From NCBI GenBank assembly GCA_036172245.1, contig JAYWIR010000043.1, positions 1,116,001 through 1,180,000 of the forward strand: a DNA stretch of 64,000 nucleotides, read 5' to 3'. The position numbers and the translations under genes are program-made. Of the stretch, positions 1 through 14,420 are shown piece after piece (the stretch's first letter is position 1; every line of letters begins with the position of its first letter). Below the pieces are notes generated by a model. The model saw only the letters and a program-made list of their open reading frames with translations, ran no database searches and was not told where the DNA came from. This stretch comes from Raillietiella orientalis (Eukaryota).

Positions 1-1080
1 CATGGCGGAGGAAATCTCTTCAGCCATCGCGGGGCTCAAGAGACGGGAGGTGCTGGGCGATGATGGCCTGCCCGTGGAGTTCTTTCAGTGCGTCGCGGCG
101 GAGCTCATCTCCCTGGTGCTCAGCCTCTCGTCGCTGAGGCGCGAGATGGACAATGTCCTTGCCTCGTTTCGCTCAGCGAAGGTGCGTCTCCAGACTTGTG
201 CCACCTCAACTGGCATCCGATCACCTTGGTGAATTCGGACATGAAGTTCTCGAAGCTGTGGGTCGCGTGCCTAGGGAGGATCACGGAGACCTTGGTAAGT
301 CCTGAGAAAACGTACGTCGTTCGCAGGATGTCCATGGATGAGAACCTCATTTTCGCGCGCACCTGGCTTCAGCTGCAGAGACGCATTGCGCAGGACGGTC
401 AAGCAGCGGAGACAGCCACGTAAGACTGCAGGTGTAGGCACGGATGGAGGGAGAAGACTCCTTGGCGGATCGGTCAGCATGAAGCTTCCGTCTGCATCAA
501 TCAAGAGCTTCTACTGGAGCTCTTGGAACTCCTCGGTCTTCCGTCACACCTGCTCTCCTACTTGCGCTCCTGCTGGCACCATACGTTATGCTGCATCTCT
601 TTCAGTGTCCGCTACGTGTACGGCATACCGGGCGGGGCGTAAATCAGAAAGACAGCTAGCTCTTAAACCCTGTGCTCCTCAGCATCTTCTTCGAGTTGAT
701 GCTTAAGGAATACAGACTGGCTCTCTCCAACCTGCCGAGCCCCTGTCCAGGTATGCCGACCGTGACCGCCTACGCGGGCAACCTGCTTTCTCTGTTGTCC
801 AGTTCCATCCCAGCGGCTAGACTCGTAGACTTCTTCGAGATGCTCCTTCGGGGAGTGGGCATGAGCATCAACAGGTCGAAGTCCACAATTGTCCCAGTTG
901 GCTCCACGTGGAAGTGGCAGTCCGACTGATCCTCCTGGAGATCCCCATGTTCAGGTATAAGTACTTCGGTATACAGTTGGACGACTTCTGCTCAGCAGAA
1001 GCGTGGTCGGACTGCGTTCAAAAGTTTTTTCACCCAGTTCCTCAGGCATTTAGCACCGGTTCTGAAAAGAAGGAATAGCC
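1..1080 (+). mobile_element. Degenerate L1/Tx1-clade non-LTR retrotransposon, reverse transcriptase region (runs off the left edge)
   Basis: Frameshifted RT motifs in the right order: LGDDGLPVEFF (PGxDGLPxEFY), NWHPITLVNSDMK (NWRPIxLLNxDYK), SPEKTYVVRRMSMDENL (PxQTxxVPGRSIxDN), YAGNLL (decayed YADD), INRSKS, YKYFGI. Confidence 0.75.
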
Positions 1081-1831
1081 AATGCCAAAGACCCCATCCC
1101 TACCCTCCTTTTCGTCTGTTTTTCTATTTTTTTTTTATCCATTTATGGTTCCCTCCATTCCGTTCCGGACTTCCAGAGTGCCCGACCTGCGTATCGGGGA
1201 GACTTCCCCTTGAACTTCTTTTGTCTTTGTTTGGGAACTGAGTTCCCAGATAGTTTGTTCGGGCATTTTTGTGTGTGAATAAAGGCTCCGGCGTAACTGG
1301 GTGATAAATCTAGTCTGTCTTTTCATTAACGAATTAGTGTGCTGTGTTGCGTACAACCTATAGAGCCTTGGTGTTCAAATAAAGCGAATTAATTTGAACT
1401 ACATGGGTCGGGGTTAAACGAGATTGTTACACAGCATCCATTCAATATCTGTATGTGTTAAGCAGACTTGTTCAACATTCTAAGACCTAATATTCCTTCC
1501 AAAAAAAGGCAAAGAAAGATGAAAGTAAAAGAAAATATGCACGTGCATCAGTCATAGAGTGTGAGGAATTGAATACACGAAAAAGCACAAATCTTATGAA
1601 AATTAGCGATGTGGATTTCTTTCATCTGAAGGCGAGCATTAATATACAGGTTGCTGATATGAAGGTCAACTTGAGTTGTTGTACATGTTAAGTTTTTGTA
1701 TTTTTTTTGTGGATCGCATGTTATCGCATTTAGGAGAGATAGAGGAAATAAGTAAAATGTCCAGAATTACATAAATTATCACAACATAGGAAGTAAAAAA
1801 CTCGCATACTTCTAAAAGAATATAGCAATCA

Positions 1832-2564
1832 CAATGGCCAATTTAGCGGTTTTTCCGCTAAATCTATCGTTTTTTGGAAACACATCTAGCGTAAAATATT
1901 TTATCCTACTGAGTGGGAATTCTAGCAGTTTTTTAATCACTGGCCGCCAAATTTTACGGGTTTTTCATGGTTGCAAAGAAGAAACATCTCAATAGTGGAT
2001 GTTGTAGATAGCTTTAAACAGGATTGAGGATATTTTATCCACCCCTGTTCCAGTCTTGGCGGATGTGGAATGACATTAATAAATTATCGCATTGTTGATA
2101 AAGATTGTCAAGGAAAACGACTTTCTTATTTTTAAAATATTTTGATAGTTAAACTGTGATTGTTGTAGTGCAGTGGCAACTTGTTTGAGTATTTGATTAC
2201 AATTTACAGACTGTTCTAACATTTTCTTTTCACTATAGGTAATAAGACCGGCAGTGCAGCAGAAGCTTCATAACATAAATTTGATCAATAACTGATTGTC
2301 AGTTTGCATTTGATTTTTGTGCTATGGAATTCGAAGATTAAATGGCATTACGTATGTTGGGGACGTGTGCTGTGATATAGTATGCTTCCATACCTCGTGT
2401 TATGTTAAATTATTAGGTTTGTATTGTACAATTTTCATTTTATTGTTTCTTTCAAGATAATAATAAGAAATTCCTAGGTATTAAAATCTGGAGTTTCTTT
2501 GGGAAAATCGAGATTTTTCGAAGACCATCTAGCGGGATTCCATTAAATTCTGTTGGCACCCCTG
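1832..2564. repeat. Possible MITE-like relic with a perfect 9-bp hairpin (1841-1863) and a repeated CATCTAGCG motif
   Basis: ATTTAGCGG-TTTTT-CCGCTAAAT at 1841-1863; CATCTAGCG near 1883 and 2526; TTGGCACCCCTG at 2553-2564 resembles a TTGGCAACCCTG-type terminal repeat, but the left terminus matches poorly. Confidence 0.25.
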
Positions 2565-2867
2565 ATCGCAATGGAGAAAGTTGGTTCCCTCTACAGCTGA
2601 GTAGCTCGGCGTCCAAAACAATACTTTCATCTTCCACAAGGTCGGCTGAAGGTGGCTAAACAACTGGATTGAATTTCTCGTATGGAACGAATGCTGCAGT
2701 GGATCGTGGCGAAGGGTTCATGAGACCAGTCGATGTACAAAGAACTGTGTCTTTCGAAATTGCTTATGCCCCCATTACACCAATCAGGGGAAAATTGTTG
2801 TTACCATCGTTGCTCTCTTTAAGCGGGTTTCACGTCAAAATTCTTGTATGATTTTTTTTAGGAGAAA

Positions 2868-4318
<1,451 letters not shown>

Positions 4319-4919
4319 TTGTTGTTAATTTGGTATAGCCTTTTGGTTATAGAAGCAAAATAATCTAATATAGATATGATTTTGTTAGGGTAACTACAAG
4401 TTTTATGACTGCTTTGTATTTGTTTAAGACATATAAAGGCCTAAATTGTAAACTGCATTCATTTATGTTCATTGGAGATTTATTTCTATCAGTTAATATG
4501 ACTACTAAATCGTAAAAATGTTTCGACTAATGTATCGACAAATCCTTAGCAGTTATTTAATGTTCAGCCATTATGGCAAAGTCTCATTAAATACATTGCT
4601 CACTTGAGCAAATAGGCTGCCTCATGCAATTTGTGTTAAGAGTAAAATGACCTCTCATTTGGATTCTAGTTGCTGCATTGTGGTGAATGTGTAATGCAAG
4701 TGTAATTTGTTTTTTCGGAGACATAAAAGCCAATTATGTCTCCGAAATCGCTTTAATGATTATTCCTTTATCACTTTGAATTAAGAGCAGTCAGTGTTTC
4801 AAATGATGTTCCAAGGAAAGTGAGAGTGGAAGAAATTACCAGGTTACTATTAATAAAGGAAAAGGGAGATAGAGAATATGGGATTTGTGTAGAAAAGTTA
4901 ATATTTTAGGTAATAAAAT

Positions 4920-5240
4920 TTATTTAAGTTCCAAGAGTGATATATTTAAAAATGTTTTTATATTTGGAGTGTGCACCTCTAATCTCTTTTTAAATATAGC
5001 TTTCACGAATTGGAATGTTTCAGGACTTTCAAATAATAACATTCGAAGGTAATGCTTTGAAGTCCTTGAAGTTGCCCAAAACATATTTAGAAATTTGGGA
5101 AAAGTAGATGGGCTATCCCTCCATTGATTCCTGCAATCGCGCCAAAATTTGAAGGCAAAATTGTTTACAGATTTCGTACCATTGACGCTGTGTTGGCGCA
5201 TTCGATGTTTTTTTACGTTGATTTTCCCATTTACCTTCAT
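4920..5240 (-). mobile_element. Possible hAT transposase C-terminal dimerisation-domain relic
   Basis: ORF 4920-5240 reads FW...FPKFLNMF..TS....R.L, loosely like the hAT FW..FPxL..TS..ERxFS..RxxL pattern; highly degenerate. Confidence 0.3.
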
Positions 5241-5533
5241 AAAAGGCGTTCGAAACTTTTTTCAAAATTGACAATCGTGATTGCATATTTTGCCGTGTCC
5301 ATATTTGACCGATGAATAACGGTAGTTAAACAGATCCTTTCTGTCGGATGGCATACGTGGGATTCAGTCGCAGGCATTGCCAGCCGTGCAACGTTTGTGT
5401 AGGCGCGCCGGCACAACTTAAAAAGTAATGGAGGGGAAACAAATTTGAATAGGCAGAAATTATCCAACGCATGTATCCATTAGTCAGTAGTGTATTCACC
5501 AATTATCACCAATTACTGTGACTATGTCAGCTA

Positions 5534-5597
5534 CTGGTTTGCAGACAGCAATTAAATGAACTTTATGAAGTTCATTTCATTGCTGTCTGCAAATCGG
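5534..5597. repeat. Near-perfect inverted repeat (26-bp stem, one mismatch, 4-nt loop)
   Basis: TTTGCAGACAGCAATTAAATGAACTT (5538-5563) pairs with AAGTTCATTTCATTGCTGTCTGCAAA (5568-5593); extends to 5534-5597 with G-U pairs. Confidence 0.85.
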
Positions 5598-5699
5598 GCA
5601 CCATGAAACGACGAAACAACTTTAGTCTTGCAGATTCTGTGATGTTAAACAGCAAAGGAATTGCCTAATACAAACATATTTATGGGGGGTATGTATGCC

Positions 5700-8600
5700 T
5701 ATGTATACAAAAATACTGTGAATATCAACGCGTGCTACTTCTCATGGATGACGGTTTGCCCTTTGGGAAGTCTTGGGATTCCCTTTGACCTATATTTCTC
5801 CGGGAGAACTGAAGCTGCGATCTTCGTTACAGGCGACATAGTGCCAGGCGTGAAGAGTTGTCTCACCACGTCTTTTGTGTTGTCCCTTGGGGGTTGCACA
5901 CGCGTTCCCACCACGCACACTCCGGAGGGCAGCACAATCGAAAAACAGGAAACCTTCCACCGCACCAGGCACAGTCAAGAGCCACATTTCTCCTGGCCCA
6001 GTGGTATAGGACGGGCAGCTTAATGCAGCAGTTGCAACGCCGAGTCCTTCCACTTCAGGGGAAGCGTGGAGCTGTCCAAAAACAGCGCGGGGATCTCGAG
6101 ACTTTCCAGAGATCGACCCAGCAGAAAAGTTCTTTAGGGCAGGCAAGCTTCGACTACCACACCCAGGAAAGGTGTAAGTACCTCGGAGTCGCCTGCTCTC
6201 TTGGCGAGAACGCGTGCAGGGAGACATCAGCGGGTGGTCCAGTGTTTAGCTGCTAGGGCCAGTAGAAATGGGGTGACACTCCGGCAAGACTTAGTGGGGC
6301 TCCAAGCAAGCCTATCCTCGCTGATAGATTCCACTGACGCTCCTGTGGAAACAGCCAACTACGGGAAGGAAGGAAATGCTGACACGTGGTACCGTATTGA
6401 CCATGGTGGTTTGCCACAACAGGAAAAAGGTGCACGGAGGAGTAAAAAATAGGTACAGGAATACTATCTCAGCTTAATATCTGATACGCCACCATTCTGG
6501 TATGGGAGGGGGAAGAATCAAAAAGCCAACGGCATCCCGAGTCAGCATCTGCGTTCAGTGTTCAGTGTTCACGATCTCCCCTCTCATTTGGAAACCAATA
6601 TGCGTTGCCACCTCATCGCTACTCCTTGTAGAGACCCGACCATGGAGTTGGCTTCTCGAGGCGAATCACCGCTATGCTACGGAGGTGAACCAGCATCGGC
6701 AAAACCCCAGGCACTATTGAGTCCATGGCATGGGAGAAAACATCGAGTCATCTAACCTATTGTACGGAAGGCTACAACAAAAGTCAGTCAGTCCCTTTTA
6801 TCCATGACGAAGCGAACCACTCTCCGAGATTGGGTACAGGAAGGATCTCTTCCTATAAGGCCCCGTGAAATTCAAGGACATCCATCCTAGCACTCTATTG
6901 CGCTGGAAGACCCAGTGCAGAACTAGAAGGAACACGTGCTTCCATCTTGGGGGAAGGAGGGCCTTGCCAGTGGAAGGATTGCTGCTTCATACGAAGATAC
7001 AGCAGCTCCCCCCACCGGAAAAGTCCTACATCACGGATTCTAAACGTTGCCGAATCTGCCAACAGACTCGAAGCATACTGACTGAGCATCTTAATCTGAT
7101 CTGCATGGATGCGGGTGAACTCTTACCTCTCCAGTAGACTACGCCCCCTATAGGGACTATAGGGAGGACAGAGCTAGTAGTAGATGCCGGGACCCACTTG
7201 GTCGCGTCTTGGCAGGTCTCATCGAGGGTGACCCTCTGCAGCTGTTGGATGAGCCGACAGGATTCGGGTTAGGCTGTTGTGGGCCAAGCCCAGGTGGGCA
7301 CTGTTCCTGAAGCCAGGAGCAGAAGTTTAGGGGGAAGAAACGTGAATCCACGAGGAAATCAATTGCCTCGGAGAACTGATAGCTCATTGTCTGCGGACTG
7401 TATGGCCACAAGCGGTGCGAGTCCCTTGTTATTCGTGGTTCCCCTATCAGAACAAGACATGCAAAAAGACGTCAAGAGAAAGTTCACAGCTTAGCCTCCG
7501 GGGACAGCGTCCCAAAGCTGATCTCTAGGTGTATCCGGTTCAGCGTTGTTAGTCCTGGTCCCGATGAGACCACGAGGTCTTTCAGACGAGCTTTGGACTA
7601 GTTCCACAGGATTCTTTCTTCACCCCAAGAGCTGTCCCCTTTCTCCCGTCGTGTTTGGACAATTCTCTGCTCCTCCATCAGGATGAAACAGACGACAGTT
7701 CCTTGCTTACGGTCGCTGAGTAGGTCTGCTAGGTGACTGCTGTCGAAGTTTGCAAAGTCTGACTACCAGTCTTCCACGCTGGAGCCTCCCGGGCAACGGG
7801 CGTCTTTTTTTCTTCGCACGATGGGGAAGACGAAGAATTTCCCTGAAGTGGAGCGTGAAGCACGGACCGGGAGAATGCACTCCGCATCTGCTGCACTGTG
7901 GTGGGACCATTCATCCATAGTGAGAGTGATCAGTCGGGACCTCATCGTACCCAGGAAACTCTCTCTTCCCTACAGTTCTTCTCGAGGTACGAATTTTCCT
8001 TCCTCCTCGAGAACTTCCTACGGCAGCCGTGGTTCTGTGCTGCTTCGACGGAAGCGCACATGCGGCGAGAAGCACTCCAGGAAGCTGGCCCATTGCGCTG
8101 GCAAGCGGCTCCGCGTGAATCCAGCAGATGGGGACCAGACTCCCGCATCGAGCACTGCCTCAGCAGGAACGGGAATGGGGTATTTCCCATTCCGTTGGTC
8201 CTTTCTTGTTCCTTGCCAACCATTTGTTGATTTCCATAGACGTCTCTTGTCTTTTTTCCCTCGTGATGGATCCAGGCCCACGACTGCAACTGTGCAACGC
8301 CAAGCCCCGATCGGGCTCGGCCCGACCAGACTCACCTCGTACTCGACCGTGCCGTGGGCATCATCCTCACGACCTGCCCCCGGAGCGACCCATCCTGTGT
8401 TTTCCATCCATGCTACAGCCTTCCAAGTCTCCAGGAGCGGCTCGAAGGGGACCTCGCACTGCACCTGTTCCTCGGAGCGATCTCCCTCCTGAGGCGTGAT
8501 CAGCGTCTTTCTCCCCTCCCTCATTAGAGAGAGGGCACTCCTGTTGTGGGGAGGCGTCCGTGCCACCACAGGAGCCGGCAGGCGGAGGGACCGCAATACC

Positions 8601-9600
8601 GGGAAAGAGATGTCCTTCAGCGGCAGGCAACGTTCTTCCCTGGCAGAAAGGCGAAGGGGGAACAGCCTTAACCACCCTCCAGCAGTTCCTGGGGAGACGG
8701 CGTGCGTTTCCTCTGGGAGGCAAAGCGTTCTGGAAGACTTTCCGACAGCGCTGCCCTGAAAGCGAGAAGCGGGAACGACTTCCGTGCACCTGCCTCGCCG
8801 GCGGGCTCCCTCCGTTTCATTTCGGGAGTCACTCGAACGGAGTCAGCGACGTCTTTCCTGTTGCAGGGAAAAAGTGGAGAGTGCAGCAGCAGCCGCCTGA
8901 CGCGAGGAGACACTTCCCCACGATGGTGTACCAGAAAGTGCTGCCCCGCCTTCCCAGAGAGCGTCAGCTGCTCGGCGAAAAGAGAGGTGTTGCGACCGGT
9001 GGAAAACAGCGACGCGCGCTCCTCACCCCTCCCTCTCCTTGCGTGGGCTCCCGTCGCTCACCCGGGAGCGCCGCACGATACAAAAAAGAAACGCGTGAGG
9101 GCTCCCCTCCCCCACTCCCACGTGCGCGACACCTTCGATTGAATCCGCAACGGCGGTTTCCCGCGTTCCCCTGCAGGTTGCCGTTGTGATTGGCTCCCGC
9201 CATTCCTTGGCATCGCTGCTCCCGGTTGGGCGCTTTTTTTCTTCTCCTTTTGCTCCGGCGAGCGACAGCTGGGAGGAGGGGGAGGAAGGAAGGAAAAGAC
9301 CCCCGAAAGCGCCAGGACCGCCATCCGGTCGTCGCCCTGCCCACAAAGATCTCCCGTTGAGAATCGCGACCCCCTCGCAGGAAACCCTGCGTCCCAGAGA
9401 ACTTGAATGGCTTCCCTAACGGTTGCTGGCTCCGCGGTTCCGCGTCTCCGGAAGGGCAGGAAGGGGCCTCGCGCGAGCCGGATTTTTTCCCTTCCCCTCT
9501 TTCCCCCCTTTTGCGCTGCCGCGCTTTCTCGGTTCCCGGCGCGGTCGCGTATTCCAGCGCTCAGGAGTCGCTTCCTCCCAGCCGGAGGCACTCAGTCACC
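5700..9600 (-). mobile_element. Degenerate L1/Tx1-like non-LTR retrotransposon (endonuclease, RT, C-terminal zinc knuckle)
   Basis: Minus-strand remnants in order: endonuclease-end GKKDKRRLWK (GxGxWKLN-like, about 8230-8260), interrupted GVRQG-like motif near 6460-6490, LHASPEVEGLGV (LPxxxGGLG), GETTLH..C (CCHC knuckle, about 5830-5870). Many stops and frameshifts. Confidence 0.55.
6469..6488 (+). pseudogene. U2 snRNA internal fragment (stem IIa region)
   Basis: TCAGCTTAATATCTGATACG matches metazoan U2 UCAG(U/C)UUAAUAUCUGAUACG over 20 nt; flanks are not U2. Confidence 0.6.
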
Positions 9601-9790
9601 TACCGAAGAGGTCTGACCGAAGTGACCCTCTGTGGCTGAAACGACCTTCCTTCCTCAAGGGAGGGCGCTTGTGGCTGCACTGCCAGCTGCCTTTGGCAGT
9701 TTGGTTCTTTATGGTTCCGGTTCGAATCCCGAACGATCATAAAAAATACATAAATTTATTTTAATATACAGAGTTTACGCATTAATCTTT

Positions 9791-9807
9791 ACACACACAC
9801 ACACACA
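9791..9807. repeat. (AC)8 microsatellite in an AT-rich spacer
   Basis: Direct reading. Confidence 0.9.
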
Positions 9808-10149
9808 TATATATCAAGATATATTTACTCATTGTATATATTGAATAATTAAATACATTGTGATTACATTAATTAAATAACATGTGCATATTATATATTA
9901 TGTATGTTTTGTATATTTTTTATAAAGCATATACATTCATTTTTTTATAACCTTCAATATATATATCAACAATATAATGAACAACTTATCAGTTTTATGA
10001 ATAAAATGCATGCCACCGCGTCTTAATAAACATATCTGTTCAAATAATATTACTGTTGATAACACGTATGCTAACCAATATGAATAACCATCTATACCAC
10101 AATAAATTCGTACATTAGTCTATGCAGAATGAGCGTACGTGCTTATTTT

Positions 10150-12220
10150 TTGTGATCTTTAGGGATTTTGATCGGCGATGTGCTCTGGCAGCAAACACAT
10201 GCCCTAAGGGAGGAAGGAAGCACACAAGCTGAGGAAAGTGGAGTTGAGAAGCGAAATCCCATCCTCCACGATGCATCCGAATCTCCCTACGTCTTTCCTT
10301 TTCTCCTTCATTATCGGTCCCGACCCCGACGCACCAATTTGGCTGTTTTCACAGCTCGAATCAGTGATGCAGGTGCAGTGCTGCATCCAACGTAACGGAG
10401 GGCAAAGTTCGACAACCACACGAGAAAGCCATCATCGAGGTCATGACGAAGCACTCCAGCAATCGGTGGCACCGTGTCGGTCAGCAGACCGACCCAGAAG
10501 CACCGAGAATCAGCTGCAGTCGAGAACCGGATACCTCCGCGGAGCCCGTGGCAAACATTCTCCACCCAAACTTCCAACGGCAAGGGATCTCTTTGCTTCA
10601 GCAGAACTCGGGTGCCACCTTCGTGCGGCGGGTTGGGTCATCTACTGAGAACCCACCACCACTTATTGCTCGTATCAACAGAACACACGCACCAAACATG
10701 TCAGAGTGGACATCACATCGCCCTCTTCCTCACCGCCATCCTCCCTCACACGATGGTGGAAGGAGAGGACCGCCATATCTCCCATGGAAATCCCGAAAGG
10801 GATTATTCAAAAGGCGGTCGGCGTGCGGAACGAGCGACGGCCTGGACGTGCCGACGCATCCTGAAGAGGATTGGGGGACTCCCGCCGCCCAGTCCCCTCC
10901 GACCGCGGAACCCCAGTGGAAGGACCCCAAAGAAGCAGACTTCAAAGTGTTACCCGAGGTGTGCGCAAGTGTTTTGGGTTTTTGCGCGGGATGAGTGAGA
11001 AATAAATTCACCCCGCCCCCGAGGAAACTGAGGGACTGAGGAAACGCAAAGCGGAGACTGCTGCCTGCCTGACGCCCGACCGCGGCTCTTTCTTTAACTT
11101 TCGTTCCAACACATCAAGACTCGACACCCTTCCACGGAGCGAACGAAACGCACCTCTGCCAACGGAATTCTCCCCTTCCCCCCCCCCGGAGGCACGAAGA
11201 CACGAAACCCAAGTCACCGCCGGTGATGCAGTTTGTGCCGAAAAAGACCTTCTTCATCCATTTCAGATCCATACGTCAGTCACTGTCTAACATGAAAGAC
11301 ATCAGGCTGCTTCAAAAACATTAGCCAACCGGAAACACGGGCTGGATGTTACTTTCAGAAGAGGCTGAACACCGCGGTTCGAACTTCCAAGTAATTTTCT
11401 AAAGCAAAGTAAGGTTGTATTTTTCCCAAGGTACTTTCTGCCAGCCAATACGTTTGCAACTGAGATCCCATATTAAGCGGTGCTCATTCGTGCTAAGCGG
11501 TGAGCACGTCGAAAGCAAACAGGACGTGCTGTCTTGTTCGGTCAGGCAAGGTCAAGACTGTCCTTCCAGTAGGCCACCAGGACATCTCGATCGGTCATTA
11601 AATTCACGTGTTGGCCTAAGGCGCCTCTGGCACGGGACAGCAGCGGCTCAAATGAATCACAGGGGACCACCTATCCATGGGGATGGCAGACGCGCCTTCC
11701 CCACAGAGGGGAGAAAAAACTCGCTGACATAATCCCTGTGGCCTGGCTACCAAGGATTTCTGTTTTTGCTTTCTGCTCCAGACGCTGAATGATACGAAAC
11801 AACGGACCTCTTATTCGAACATTTCGTATTTTCGTTTTTCTCGAGTCTTTTCGATTTCGCTTCTGTTTTTTTTTTTTTTTTTTTTTCAATTTTCACGTGC
11901 CGTCACCGTCGTCCTTTTCGACGTCCCTCTTTTTTATTATTGGCTTTTACCGCAAAACTGCCTTACGGCCACAGATGTGCGGGGAAAATGGCGCTCGTGA
12001 GAAAATACCTGACGTCGTCGGGAGATCAATTCATTCTCCGGATTCAAATTTCGGGTTACGCAAAAGGTTTCCGAGTACACATCGGCTCGGGGGGGGGCCA
12101 AAACTCGGATGTCATCGAAGGCGGAAAGCAGAAAAGCACGCGTGCCCACGCGTGTCGACGGGGGAGCAGAATTCGAATGTTGGCAGGAAGGGTTACCACA
12201 ACAACGTCGTAGAGAAAAGT
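10150..12220 (+). mobile_element. Degenerate Ty3/Gypsy LTR retrotransposon relic
   Basis: DPDAPIWLFSQLES (gag N-terminal DPxLWFxQxE-like, about 10320-10365), HIKRC and HLD (integrase zinc finger and core start, about 11470-11590), GQNSDVIE (PQSNGxxE-like, about 12095). No intact ORF or LTR seen. Confidence 0.4.
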
Positions 12221-12966
12221 TAAAATTTAGTTTACCGCAATCATAGTGGACTTCCGGTCACAAATCCGGTTAATCCGACGTGTGATAAGAAACGATGAAA
12301 CCAGGTAACATAATATAAGATGAATAGATAAGCAACGAAACGAGTGTTCACAAAGCAATGAGTCACGTAGCAAAAAGAGGCAAACTGCAGTTTCTCAGCT
12401 CTTTACCGTTCGTCGATTATTACGGTTCTTTCTTCGAGAATGAATTTTTGCACCATGTGACTATATTGCGGTGATGTAGCAGCAGATGGATGCAGATTCT
12501 TACAGTCAAAACACGGAATCGCCAGTGTTTCTGAGATATTATTATCTATCTTAAATTTCGCAACAAGCTTCCAATTAAGGACCGCGCATAATAATTACCT
12601 CGTCACATAAATTGAAGTGGTGCTCTTCAAAACTAGATATGTATCCATGCTGTTTCTTTTTATTCGGTACGTAGAAATCTGGTTTTGGTTCTCTTTGATT
12701 CAAATACATTCAGCGATGCTCTGTTTCTTGCAGTATCCTCCGTAGTGAAAAGTTTGCGTGAAAAGGCATCCTTCAGCTAACATAATCTTTTATCTACCCA
12801 AAGTCTTTAAGAGTTTGTTCGTTCACGCCTAACCACGTCAAGGTAGCAAATCCAATGCCCACAGATCGTTTTCAGAAAAATCCTCTTAAATAATTCTATT
12901 GAAAATGAATTTCGAAAATGAGTCGTAACTGAAAACAGAAAGTACAGCAAAGCTGCTAAAATAATA

Positions 12967-12969
<3 letters not shown>

Positions 12970-12998
<29 letters not shown>
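12970..12998. repeat. Poly-T tract (29 nt) followed by (AAAAG)n
   Basis: Direct reading. Confidence 0.9.
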
Positions 12999-13002
<4 letters not shown>

Positions 13003-13914
13003 CTGTTTGGCTTTCAGACTTTTGTGTAAAAGAAAAGAAAAGAAAGGAAAAGTGTACCGAGTCGAGCATACCAAATAGCATCTCAGAAGATGAGCTTAAA
13101 GGGTGGTCCTGATCTTGCCTCTTTCACATGCAAACAGTTTCAGGAAATACGGACAACGCAATCGCTCTTCCTATTCGGCATGTGCGTAGGTAAACGACTT
13201 TTGCCCTCCCCAGCCACGACTACTGCTCACGACACTCACAAGAGCACGCCAACTTGCAATTTTAGATTAAGAACTCAAGAGTCAACGTTTCTCGTTAACA
13301 GTCGTCTTGAATGCGTGTTGACAATCTGAAATGCTCTGTGAACGACGTGAATCGGCACTCAAATCAAACGTTATTTGAGTACGATAAAAAAATCAAACGG
13401 GACGAAGGTTGCGTGGTCAAGTCTCTACGACTCGAAAGCAAAACAGCTAATGTGGTAATTGGGGAGGAAGAATATTCACAATAATAATAATTCATGCTTG
13501 AAATCGCCGTTGCAACTCGATGATCTATCTGTTATGCAACCAAAGTCCCCCCCCCTTTTTCCTTTTCCTCTCTTTCTTTCCCTCCTTCGTACTCACTAAA
13601 TAGCAGAAGATGACTTTGAGGAGTAACATGAGCACGAGCACGAGCTCAAGTTACATCCTGCTCCAACACTTCTGAAACCTGAGTGTGCTGAAGATGTTTA
13701 TCTCAGAAAGCAGCAGCAGTCCCGCCGCTTCCTCGGTGAATCATCATCTGAATGGAGATTTTGCCATGCATTCCAAACCTTTGGTACCATCAGCTTTAGA
13801 GATGGGATGGAATCATACGAAAGGGACTGAAACAGCAGAAAACACCAATTATTTTGCATAGCTCAGCACGGAGAATGGAAAATTTTCTCGTCTCGAAATC
13901 TATTTTTCGTGTTT

Positions 13915-14420
13915 CTATACTGCCACACAAAAAATGATTTCTAAATGGGAACAAAAAAACAAAAAGGCGAATAATCCCACGATGTGTTTTTCTGAGCTGT
14001 TTTCTTTGATGCGTATTCTCAAATGTAAGACCTTCTGAATCGATGAGTGCACCATCATGCTCAGAGAGGAAAAACTTTCAATTTCATCTCGAATTTCAAA
14101 TTGTACCCATCGCTTGTAAAAACTCCATGCAGCATGTGGAAAACCGTACGAAATCCGACAGTGGGAAAACGACGTGAAAGTGCTTTCTGATCCCACTTTG
14201 CAACCTGCATGGGCTTTGTACACTTCGGTGGCACAAGACGTGTTTTTAAATCCTAAATTCCATCCAATGCAAAGTGCCCATCTTTGCAGGTTTTGTCTTG
14301 GATTTTGTCCCACTGCAGCAAAGTTTTCTAGAGAGAAAAAAAAAAACATTGCAAGTGCGAAAGAGATACGGACATTGGCGGCGCACTGCATTTTCTTGGA
14401 GAGCAAATTTGGTCTTTCTT
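13915..14420 (-). mobile_element. Gypsy-type integrase core relic
   Basis: SESTFTSFSHCRISYGFPHAAWS resembles SDNGxQFTSxxFxxFxxxYGFxHxxSSP; catalytic residues lost. Confidence 0.4.

Noticed and set aside
9719..9731. GGTTCGAATCCCG as a tRNA or SINE B box
   Set aside because: No cloverleaf, convincing A box or acceptor stem around it.
7700..9760. Dense overlapping ORFs on both strands
   Set aside because: Arg/Pro/Ser/Gly-rich translations typical of stop-poor GC-rich relic DNA; no coherent protein.
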